41,215 nucleotides of DNA from Asterionella formosa (lineage: Eukaryota), in NCBI GenBank assembly GCA_002256025.1, contig NKIB01014714.1, positions 1 through 41,215 of the forward strand, written 5' to 3'. Shown piece after piece: positions 1 through 10,539 of this stretch. The translations under genes were made by a program, and so were the position numbers. The first letter of the stretch is position 1; every line of letters starts with the position of its first letter. The notes beneath the pieces were generated by a model, which searched no databases, had not been told where the DNA came from, and was given only the letters and a program-made list of their open reading frames with translations.

Positions 1-271
1 GCCATGGTGCTTTTCTGAAATCCAATGTCCCAGTCTCCCTTGAGCGTCCTTCAAAAGCTGATTGTCTCCGGTTGAAATTTTTTCTATGGCGCTTCGATTA
101 ATAATCCTGAATATATCTGACCGAATTTATTGATACATCCAAGGCATCAATCAACCATTTATGCGGTTGCCATTACTACTGCTCTGAGACGTGGTGCCCT
201 GTAGAAGCAGCCAGGAAAAATGGTTATGAACAGAAAATATCACGACAAGGAAAAGGGAAGAAATTATACAA

Positions 272-850
272 ATGGTTGATGTTGCATTGTTGCAACGAAA
301 GTCAAATGCGAAAAGCTGCTATCGTTGCATCATCCCTTTGACATGCAAATTAATGAGGCAACGCACAATGCAGTGTTTCGACGATGTCCGAAAAACGAGG
401 TGGTGTTTGCTTGCAGGATCCGGAGGCCTTCAATATCGAGTGGCTTTGGTTGCTGGGCAACATACACAAGGAGCAACACAATAAACAAGGGATATACTAT
501 AGTACAAGTAATGATGTAGAATGCAGATTTCAGCACTGCAAGAATCGTTCTACTGGAGACAAAAGGAAAAGCGACAAAGTGATGATGGAAAGCACAATTC
601 AAACAAAAGAGGAAACAAAACAAAAAATCCATGCAGCACGATTTGTAACAGTCAAACAAGAAAGGCAAGACAAAAAATCAGGTAAGACTTAATGTTCAGG
701 TGTTGAATTAAGAAGGGAGCATCAGCCAGGAAACAAGAAGGAAAAGAACAAATGTCTGCAATCATTGTGGTCGCAATGATCATTAAGATAAATGCAGCAC
801 ACTCTGTCCATTCAATGAAGGCAAAGTGCTTTCTAGTACTGGTATGCATA
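272..850 (+). mobile_element. Possible degraded DNA-transposase 3' remnant (piggyBac-like), broken across several frames
   Basis: Short ORF fragments (VDVALLQRK..CYRCII, NEATHNAV, LQYRVALVA, CRFQHCK, LCPF..CF) loosely follow the order of a piggyBac catalytic-domain end and Cys-rich tail. No intact ORF or matched terminal repeats. Confidence 0.25.
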
Positions 851-1892
851 AAATCACTGATGATCAGCTACCTACTACTGTGAATACTGTAGTGGCCATC
901 ACCCAAGAAATGTTACATGTGCATCCAGTGTGGCAGTATGGGTGTTTAAGACCGCGCAAACTGTGCCAATCAAATGTCATTAAGTAATTAAACTTGACCA
1001 ATAAAAATATTTAAAGTGAAGCGGGCATTACAATAAATTTTTTACATGAGATTGTAGGACGAAAAATTGAACCACAAGACTCCCATTTTGATGATGATGT
1101 TTTGGTGATTAGTGATTCTGTTTCCGACATGTGGGAGACCATTGAAAAGGCTGATATTGTCGAATTTTTGGATGACAACAGCTCAATGTTTGCAGGGATT
1201 GAAGAAGTTAAGTACATACTAGGTAATCTTCCCCAGAAGTAAACTTTTGGCAAGAAAGTGCAGAAAGGAACTTTTACTACTACTGGGCCAAATAAACGAG
1301 GTGGCCTGGTGGTAACATTCAATATTTTCAGCATAGTTTAAAAAACCGAACCTCTTCCTCTGCATTTTCTCGCCAAATCCTAAATCCTGACGATAAATAG
1401 TGTTGACCTAGCTATACCACTTTGATCAATGACTGTCGTATCTAAGCATATGGAAACAAGGCTGTATATTGGCTGGTGAAAGCTACGTGTAGCGATATAC
1501 ATATTTATATTTTAGTTGTACGAAGTGTGTGTTTGACTACTCTGACTCAATATTTGTTTTTTAACCCTACCTCGAGCTAGGGGTTCAAATGCAGGTACCG
1601 CATTCCTTAATCAGGCCTCTGCTGCGTATGCCGTACTCGTCCCAAATTAAAAACTATACTTAGGTATGAATAAATATGGAGTGAGAGTTACTTCGAATAC
1701 CATGACACGCACGATTCAGGGGTCACCTTCAAGTGCACAAATACGAACCTGCCCGAATGCGAACTTGCAACAGGCAGTATTTTGTGAGCGGTGAGGAGCA
1801 CAACAAATGTAATGCGAATTTCGAGACTGTCACAGCAAAAGCACAACGTAATCTCACAATTTAGCAAACTACCATTAAGCAAACCCTAAAGA

Positions 1893-3191
1893 ATGAAGGG
1901 CAATATTGTATTTTTCTCCCTTTGCATGTTATGCATTAGCACAACAGCTACTACTCCTAAGGAAGAGCCCGTCACTTATGGTGCAGATGTTTCCTTCCCG
2001 ATTCATCATCCGTTCACTGAGGCAAATCGCAATGGTCCACTTGGAGACCGTTTGACATTCTATGAAGAGTTCATGCAAGGGTGTCGGGACTTTTATGGAG
2101 GAACTCGTGCCGAACGTTGCGATTCCGGTGAAGAGGGACGACTAGAAATGAGTCGGCGGCAACCGATGTCGATGAAAAATTACACAGCCACTGGATTTAT
2201 GAAAATTCGAGCACCGGAAGCCGTCCGTAAACTCTTGACCGATTACTGGGAGAAGAATAAGAAGTCTCAAAAATTGGAGCAGTGGCCAGCAGGAAGTATC
2301 TATGTGAATCATTGGGCATCCCCGACCTACATGGTCAGCGTCGAGGACAGCAAGCTTCGTGGAGGAGGGTCAAAGTTGAAACAAGAGATTTGGGACGCTG
2401 CTCAATCGACTCTAGAACAATGGACGGGTATGGAATTAGAGCCTACCAGTATGTATGGCATTCGTGTCTATACTGATGGCGCAGTCTTGAATCCTCATGC
2501 GGACAGATTGCCTTTGGTCAGTTCTTGCATTGTCAATGTTGCCCAAGACGTTGACGAACCTTGGCCGTTGGAAATTTATGATCGAGAAGGAAATGCAGTG
2601 AATGTCACCATGGAGCCTGGAGACATGGTACTGTACGAGTCACATTCTCTCATTCACGGTAGACCCTTCCCACTGAAGGGCCGATACTTTGCCAATATTT
2701 TCATCCATTTTGAACCAACTGGCCGCCCATTGTATCATCACAATGATGACTTTATGGACGACCTTGACGATTTTTTTCCACCATATATTGTTCCAGGCTC
2801 ACCAGAGGAGCCAGTATGGAAATTGTCGAACCCACATGGGTGGAAGATGCCATTTCCTTCGGCAACTCATGTTGCCTCTCAGCCTGCCGCCCATACGGCC
2901 GCGGCAAATGGAGATGTGGAACGCATGAGAGAACTGGCCAAGACGGACCGATCAAAGCTTGAATACAAAGATCGCAATGGATGGCAGCCAATTCACGAAG
3001 CTGCTCGTGCGGGTCACGTAAAGATTATTGAATTGTTGGTACTCGAACACAATATCGATGTCAATGCTCGAACGCACGACGGTAAAGGGGGCTCTCCACT
3101 CAATGTGGCTATCAGCTCATTAGGTGCCGAACACCCTGTCGCAGAATACTTGGAAAGTATCGGTGCCTTGAATATTGGGCCTGAATTATAA
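1893..3191 (+). CDS. Secreted/ER 2OG-Fe(II) oxygenase (prolyl-hydroxylase-like) with C-terminal ankyrin repeats, 432 aa
   Basis: Hydrophobic signal peptide; YGIRVY, HxD (HAD) and distal HGRP iron/2OG motifs; ankyrin repeats AAHTAAANG and GWQPIHEAARAGH. No intron needed. Confidence 0.8.
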   Translation: MKGNIVFFSLCMLCISTTATTPKEEPVTYGADVSFPIHHPFTEANRNGPLGDRLTFYEEFMQGCRDFYGGTRAERCDSGEEGRLEMSRRQPMSMKNYTATGFMKIRAPEAVRKLLTDYWEKNKKSQKLEQWPAGSIYVNHWASPTYMVSVEDSKLRGGGSKLKQEIWDAAQSTLEQWTGMELEPTSMYGIRVYTDGAVLNPHADRLPLVSSCIVNVAQDVDEPWPLEIYDREGNAVNVTMEPGDMVLYESHSLIHGRPFPLKGRYFANIFIHFEPTGRPLYHHNDDFMDDLDDFFPPYIVPGSPEEPVWKLSNPHGWKMPFPSATHVASQPAAHTAAANGDVERMRELAKTDRSKLEYKDRNGWQPIHEAARAGHVKIIELLVLEHNIDVNARTHDGKGGSPLNVAISSLGAEHPVAEYLESIGALNIGPEL

Positions 3192-3335
3192 AGTAAAAAT
3201 GGTATATAAGACTATTTATTGTATATTATCTCGAGTCCTATAATTTCAAGTGTGCTTTCAATTCAAGTTTATTTTGGCATGCCAGGGCAAATCTTTATTT
3301 TAGGCAAACCATTTTGCTCATCGCCACATTCGGGT

Positions 3336-4217
3336 TCAAGTCGGTTTGTTCTCAATCTTTTCGTTGACTGCATCACCTTCATGCTCGTGATGATGGTGGT
3401 GGTGATGATGATGATGGTGCAAGGCACTTTGAAAATGATTTGTAATAAATTCGACAATCTCTGGTACGCCTTTTCCATGTTTGACACTGGCAAATATGAC
3501 AGGTCCTTCTCCTCTCATTTTCTTGGCATCTCTCGCCATGACATCCAAGTCTGCCCCGACGGCATCTGCCAAATCAACTTTATTAATAATTAATAAATCG
3601 CTTTGAGTAATCCCTGGTCCACCTTTTCGTGGTACCTTGTCTCCACCTGCTACATCAATGACATAGAGTGTCAAATCTGCCAATTCTTTCGAAAAGTTGG
3701 CAGCCAAATTATCCCCTCCGGATTCACACAGCAACAGGCATGGCTTTGACTGTTGTGGTTTGGACGACGAGGAGAACAAGGACGTCAATTGTTCCAAGGC
3801 AGCCAAATTGGCCGACACATCTTCACGGATGGCAGCATGAGGGCATCCGCCAGTTTCTACAGCTCGGATGAATGGCGCGTCCAAAGCGTTGTGACGGACC
3901 AAAAACTCGGCATCTTCTTGAGTAAAGATATCATTCGTGACGACTCCAGTAATGGGAGGGTTTGTCATGGTACGGCACAAAGCCAATACCAGGGCAGTCT
4001 TGCCAGACCCCACAGGACCCCCAATACCGACTGTATAGCCACGCTGATCCAAGTCGGTCCGTCCATCATGATCGTGTGAGTGGTAGGATCCAGGAGACTC
4101 GTAGGAATAGTGAGTGCGGACGCTACTACCGGTAGTGCGACCGCACCATCGTGAGAAGTTGCAGGGGGATCGAACCAGAGAGGAGGAGCGAAGGAGTCGC
4201 AACGATGCTGTCGTCAT
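3336..4217 (-). CDS. ureG: Urease accessory GTPase UreG, 293 aa, with mitochondrial-type presequence and C-terminal poly-His tail
   Basis: [12 protein letters not shown]-loop, [15 protein letters not shown] metal motif, [27 protein letters not shown]. Arg/Ser-rich N-terminus. 11 consecutive His near the C-terminus. Confidence 0.97.
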   Translation of the reverse strand: MTTASLRLLRSSSLVRSPCNFSRWCGRTTGSSVRTHYSYESPGSYHSHDHDGRTDLDQRGYTVGIGGPVGSGKTALVLALCRTMTNPPITGVVTNDIFTQEDAEFLVRHNALDAPFIRAVETGGCPHAAIREDVSANLAALEQLTSLFSSSSKPQQSKPCLLLCESGGDNLAANFSKELADLTLYVIDVAGGDKVPRKGGPGITQSDLLIINKVDLADAVGADLDVMARDAKKMRGEGPVIFASVKHGKGVPEIVEFITNHFQSALHHHHHHHHHHHEHEGDAVNEKIENKPT

Positions 4218-4429
4218 AATGCCGTGAGTTTCAATAAGTTTACTAACAGAAAGTCCAAGGGGCGCGAGGTGACTGTTTTGTAATTATGACCATGTGAAAT
4301 ACTGATACCAGGGTATCTTTTCATACATACCGTAACTAGTTACCTGGTAGTATACCGGTAGGTAAGCAACAACAAGAGCAATCATCGTGCGTGGCTGTGC
4401 AGAGAACAAATTTGTTCTTCCAAACCACC

Positions 4430-4715
4430 TGGTACCATGTACCACTGTCCCTGCTATGCCAGTACCGGTATATATTTTACTAGTCTACCCGGTACCAGGT
4501 ACCGGTAGTCTACTCCACCAATACCGGTACCAGGTACCTGGTACCGGTACACTGATTAGATATACATCGGTGTATCAACACCAGTATACCAGTACCGAGT
4601 ACAGTAGTACATAGACTACCAGGTACCTGGTGGTACCTGGTAGCAGGTCAAATGTTAGTTTGGTGACCAACGGTACCTGGTACCAGGTGGTACCAGGTAC
4701 CAGGTACCGGTACTA
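4430..4715. repeat. Dense GGTACC(A/T) palindromic micro-repeat array in the ureG/urease intergenic region
   Basis: Many GGTACC/TACCGGTA units, including a perfect 28-bp palindrome TACCGGTACCAGGTACCTGGTACCGGTA at 4522-4549. A second cluster lies at about 5072-5101. Confidence 0.85.
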
Positions 4716-5323
4716 CCAGTAATCCACCTTCTTGCTTCCGTCCCTTGTTGGGAAGAACGCTCCTCGCTCTCGTGGTTCGCACTGTACTCCATTTTTAGTA
4801 CTGTAAGCTAAAGTGGTCCCCATTTCCCCTTCTTCGGATTCGTCTTCTACTTCCGCTATTGGTACACCTTGTACGCCGATCTGGTACCAGCTAATACATA
4901 GACTTCATACCGGTAGCTGCTTTTGTAAAAACATACGGTACGCTATAAGGGTCCGGTCAAGACGATTATAAAAACATAAACATATGTATAAGGAAAACAA
5001 AGCTATATTGCTCAATTACCTCATCATCCATGTTCGGATCTGACATCATGATCTCCATCCTGTTGCTGGTATGGTACCAGGGTACCAGTACCTGGTACCA
5101 GTTACCGAACATACTGGTAGATATACCAGCATGATGCTGCATATCTTTCATCTGGTGCCGCAGTGAGCGACGGATCTTCGGGGTTATACTTAAGTAGTCT
5201 TACTATTGTTTAGCGCAGTATAAGCACTTCGCAATACTCCTCCTTCAAGTATCAACACTACTGGTACACAGCAAACTGAAGCTGTACTCTGAACGGAACT
5301 GCTCTTTCACAAAGTGATCCATC

Positions 5324-8000
5324 ATGTTGTCTCGACTCTTTCTCCGCTCCAAATCGACGCCGCCACTGCCAGTTCGTAGTGCTGGCATTCGATTCCTGCA
5401 TTTGACTCCCCGCGAAGTGGATCACTTTCAACTGCACCAAGCGGGTCGATTGGCTCAGTATCGATTGGCACGAGGGGTCCGTTTGAATTACCCAGAAGCC
5501 ATTGCATTGATTACCATGCAAATGTTGGAACGAATGAGAACCGGCAATGACAGTGTCAGTTCCTTAATGTCACTAGGACAAGAATTGTTGGGAACTTCCT
5601 TGGTCATGCCAGGGGTAGCATCCATGATTAAAGATGTGCAGATCGAAGGGACCTTTCCAGATGGGACCAAATTGTTGACTGTCCACTCACCCATTGCTAC
5701 CGTGGATGGGAATTTGGAATTGGCCCTGGAAGGATCCTTCCTACCGATTCCTGATAAATCACTTTTCGTCAACGTCACTAATGCCGATGCTCCCTACTCT
5801 CCTGGTCAAGTTATGGTGGATGCTACTGAAGACATCACCATTAATGCCAATCGACCCTTGGTAGAGATGACCGTCATCAACACTGGCGATCGGCCTATTC
5901 AAGTGGGATCTCATTATGCCTTTGTTGAAACCAATGGAGCACTTTTGTTCGATCGCGAACTAGCCATTGGAAAACGATTGAATGTCCCAGCAGGAGCGTC
6001 TGTACGATTCGAACCAGGTGAAACCAAAACCATTACCTTGGTGGAATTGGGAGGGACACAGCACGTTGTTAGTGGCCAACGTTTGACCGACGGTGTCTGT
6101 GACAAGGACCGGTACGAGGAAATTATGGACCGTGTCAAACAAGCAGGAATTGTCACGGCTCCATCGTCCGAAATTTTTGTTGGAACTCCCTACACAATGA
6201 ATCGTTCTGCCTATGCTGACATGTATGGACCAACAGTAGGAGATCGTGTTGTATTGGGAGATACGTCCCTTGTCATTCGGGTGGAAAAAGATCATTCGGT
6301 ATATGGCGATGAATGTAAATTTGGTGGTGGGAAAACACTGCGAGAAGGAATGGGCCAAGCGACGGGAATCCATGCAGCTGATGCCTTGGATGTTGTCATT
6401 ACCAATGCTCTCATTGTTGATTCAGTTTTGGGAATTATCAAGGCCGATGTAGGAATTAAGGGGACGTCAATTGTAGGAATTGGGAAGGCAGGAAATCCAG
6501 ATATGATGCAAGGTGTCGATGCCAATATGATCGTGGGAGCTACAACCGATGTCATCGCTGGAGAAAAATTGATTTTGACAGCGGGAGGGATTGATACACA
6601 TATTCATTTCATTTGTCCGCAACAGATTAATGATGCCATTGCATCTGGAATTACGACCATGTTTGGTGGAGGAACAGGTGAGCTTGCATCAGTTGTTGCG
6701 TTAGGATTCACCCCTATAGATTGATTGAAACTTCATTCAATGACAATTTGCTTTCAATTTTTTTTCGTCAGGTCCGAGTGCTGGAACTTCTGCCACAACG
6801 TGCACACCTGCTCCGAGTCAAGTGGAAATGATGCTCCAGGCCACTGACGAATACCCTCTGAACTTTGGTTTCTCGGGAAAAGGAAACACCAGCGATCCCC
6901 ACGTCTTGTTAGATGTTCTCAAGGCAGGTGCAGCTGGATTCAAGTTGCATGAAGATTGGGGAACTACCCCATCGGCGATTCGAAGTGCCCTAGAATTCGC
7001 CGACGAACACGATGTGGCCATTACCATCCACACAGATACGCTCAATGAGTCGGGATTTGTGGACGATTCGATTGCTGCCATGGAGGGACGTACAATTCAT
7101 ACGTATCACACAGAAGGTGCTGGAGGAGGGCATGCTCCAGATATCATTAAGTTGGTACAGGAGGATTATGTCTTGCCGTCGTCTACCAATCCAACTCGAC
7201 CATTCACCAAGAATACGATTGATGAACATTTGGACATGCTGATGGTGTGCCATCATTTAGATTCTTCCATTCCAGAAGACGTTGCTTTTGCCGAGTCTCG
7301 CATCCGAGCCGAGACGATTGCTGCGGAAGACATTTTACACGATTTAGGAGCCATTAGTATGATGTCATCGGATTCGCAAGCAATGGGACGAATTGGTGAA
7401 GTCATTATGCGAACATGGCAGACGGCCGACAAGATGAAGTCACAACGGGGACCGCTGCCCGAAGACGACAACCACGACGACGACAATCATCGTGTTAAGC
7501 GGTATTTGGCAAAGTACACCATCAACCCCGCCATTACGCACGGTATGGCTCACGTGGTTGGATCCGTCGAAGTTGGTAAAATGGCCGATCTAGTGCTGTG
7601 GAAACCTGGTCTCTTTGGCGTGAAACCAGAAATGGTCATCAAGGGTGGAACTATCGCGTACGCACAAATGGGCGATCCCAATGCTTCTATTCCTACACCT
7701 CAACCTGTCATGATGCGTCCCATGTTTGGTGCCATGGGCAAGGCTGTCGGTGGAACAAGTGTGGCATTTGTTTCGAGTGCTGCAGCTGCAGAGGGTGTAG
7801 GTGAAACCTATGGACTTTCCAAAAAGGTCATTGGTGTTAAGGGATGTCGCAACTTAGGCAAAAAAGACATGGTATGGAATGATGCCACGCCACGAATCAC
7901 TGTCGACCCCGAGACCTTTGTTGTGACTGCTGATGGGGTGCACTTGACATGCGACCCCGTGGACAAGGTGCCTTTGGCACAAAAGTATTTCTTCTTTTAG
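5324..8000 (+). CDS. URE: Urease, eukaryotic single-chain gamma-beta-alpha form; exons 5324-6677 and 6772-8000, 860 aa
   Basis: [77 protein letters not shown]. Splicing restores the conserved [17 protein letters not shown]. Confidence 0.98.
6678..6771 (+). other. Spliceosomal intron of urease (94 bp)
   Basis: GTGAG donor, pyrimidine tract and CAG acceptor; removal joins two urease ORFs in frame. Confidence 0.93.
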
Positions 8001-9650
8001 AGACATTAGGAACAGAACCGTTCGTTCACATTAATTAGCTGATTTTCAATCGAAATGTGAGTACCTGTGATAAGGGTAGACGAGCAAGGCGATTACGAAC
8101 TAGACCTTTTGACGATACAATGAAAACGTCATATCAGCCGTGTTAAGGGCATCTCGACTCGAATTAAAAAAGTTTCTGTCACAGTCGTACTTTCGATTCG
8201 TTGAAAGGATACGATAATGTGCAGTAGGAAAGATTTATGTATTGTATCAAGCCTTTTTATGACAGTTATAATCATAATTAGCATATATGGCACGAATCAT
8301 ATGGTCAAGGGCCAACGCCAACAGTCACCAACATGACTAATATCATTAATTGAAATGCTTTCCCGTCACACCCGAGCCGTGCATGGTCAGTGTCTCCTCA
8401 CATTGTTTTGGAGTTTCGCTTACAATTTCGAGGCACAATCACAAGTTGGATCATTCATTGGCGAGCTATTGGCTCGACTATGTGTAGTCATATATTCATG
8501 GATAATTGGTTATTCTAAAGAGTTAGTCTCAGCTGACTGGATGTAAATAAAAGCATCGAGGGTGTGCAAGGCAAAAGACAGTTCTTGGAACCTCATTCGG
8601 CAGTCCGAACACTCGCTCAGAATGATCCAGTAAGTGTTGCGTTCAACATCATATTGGTCAAGTCAACAAGGACAAGCTGATAGCGATTCGGACAACGCCT
8701 CATGTGATTCGTGTCATGATGATACTATAGATCGAATACCACTCATCATTCATGCATTCAATGTGGTTTGGTCAGCTCTATGTACAGCGGAAAGGTTTCA
8801 ATCGACGGAAAATTGAAGCTATCACAACTTGACGATCCCGATAGCGGAATGCTACGGTACAGGTCATACATCCCTTCAGGCTCCTTCTCATTCGTTGGGC
8901 TACAAGGGCAGATCAAAAAGTCCCAATTCTCTTCCTCCCCTTGCGTTTCCACCCTTCGCTTCCTCGGCCTTCCAATCGTTCCAATCTCCAGCCCAGTAGC
9001 TGCAGAAATTATGTTATCACCTTGAAACGATCCTGCTACGGCCGATGCAGATAAAATGGCAACCTGTTTAATGTATTCAATGGCAACGATAGCATCAATT
9101 AAGGCCATGATGACGGGAATTAGTAAGGGGTTGATTTCAGCGTAAGTAAGAAAAAAAGTGATACAAAGAGTGAAATCGGTAGGTTACAATGTCCTGCAAA
9201 AACATTTTACTTAGGTATATATACACGTATGCATATGACGAATGACACCCATAAACTGTTCAAATGCAAAAGCGATCGTATCCAAGATCGAAAGCGATCG
9301 TGCTAACGCCGCCAAATCGGACTAGCTCCGTATGTATTAGACTACCACAAATAATTTTTTATCGGTCCTGCAATACTGGTAATGTAACAGGTGTTTGTTC
9401 CCGCACCAGAAGAGTACAAACGGGTACATTTGCCACCTGTTTGTGAAATGCCCGGTAAAATAGGCAATGAAGATATTTTATCCTCCTTTATGGTTATATT
9501 TATGGTTTTTTTAACATAGCTATCACATCATACACATGAATGAAATTACCAGCATGATGTGCGTTTTGGTGTAGCACAGTCGGGGTGCTCCTGCTGTCCA
9601 CGACTGATACTGACTCTTGGTAGGTGACTCTTGGTAGGATACCAGGTACC

Positions 9651-9868
9651 AAATATGAGATGGGAGGTGCTCCATGCTCTCCTGGATGACAAAAGCAACT
9701 TGGAGTACAAGATAATAATGCTGTGTACTGGTATTATTGGTAGTCTTACATCCTGCATTTCTTGTACACATACAAATAGAATAAATTCAGGGCATTGATC
9801 GCATTTTTGTTTTGCTTTGCATAAAAAGATACAAGTCTTCTTGCCATCATGAACACAAATGACCCAGG
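9651..9868. repeat. About 220-235 bp dispersed repeat, diverged copy; other copies at about 12948-13182 and 17186-17412
   Basis: Shared blocks AGATGGGAGGTG.TCCATGC, AGTACAAGATAATAATGCT, AGTCTTACAT.CTGCA, TCTTCTTGCCAT and ATGACCCA occur in all three copies. Confidence 0.85.
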
Positions 9869-10539
9869 AAAATAACTCAGAGCATCTCCACCACATCGAC
9901 CAAATACCATGCCAATTGCAGTTGGGAGTAATTACACATCATGATGTATTGTTGCATTGGTCGAAAATGCAAAAATATTTTAGCCACTGCATCAACCAAG
10001 TCCAACTTTTGATTTGGTCTTGGTAAACTATGACCCTCTTAATGACCAAACATCAGGTATTGGTAGATTAGACAAGCATAAGAAGCATTGTTTCTATTGG
10101 TCTAGATTATCTATGGCTCGTGCCAGCAACATTAGGTGCGGAATAACCTAAATGACCCTCAGGGGCAGTTAATTTAACCTAAAATTCCCCATCTTCTCGG
10201 GTCATGTTCACGACCACAGCCAGACTAAAAGCAGATTGATTCATGCATGTCTGCCGGTATCTACCTATATACCGGCATGAGTAACGATTGATTCATGTTC
10301 ATGACTGCTACTGGTAGACTCAAGAAAGGATCATAACTGGGGCATGGAGTGATGTGGGATGGCCGTTCGGGAGTTCAAATGTGCAAAAGGAAAAGTAACT
10401 TCCTCTGCAACAAAGATAAGCATTGCATTCGATTTGACCACTCCGCGATGTCATCAATGCTCATTCTTTTGATCAAGCTGAATCGAAAAAACTTATCGCC
10501 TGACTGCAAGGTTCGCCTAATTTCCAATTTCTCAAGAGG

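Noticed and set aside
3219..3593. Plus-strand ORF with a Met/Val run
   Set aside because: Antisense of the UreG poly-His codons.
4387..4614. 75-aa ORF rich in VPGT/YQVP (similar ORFs at 29721-30061)
   Set aside because: It is the translation of the GGTACC micro-repeats, not a protein.
6725..6821. Apparent split of urease into two genes, like bacterial subunits or a frameshift
   Set aside because: Explained by a canonical 94-bp intron.
8758..9108. 116-aa minus-strand ORF
   Set aside because: No recognisable motif or splice support; it may be a remnant but cannot be supported.
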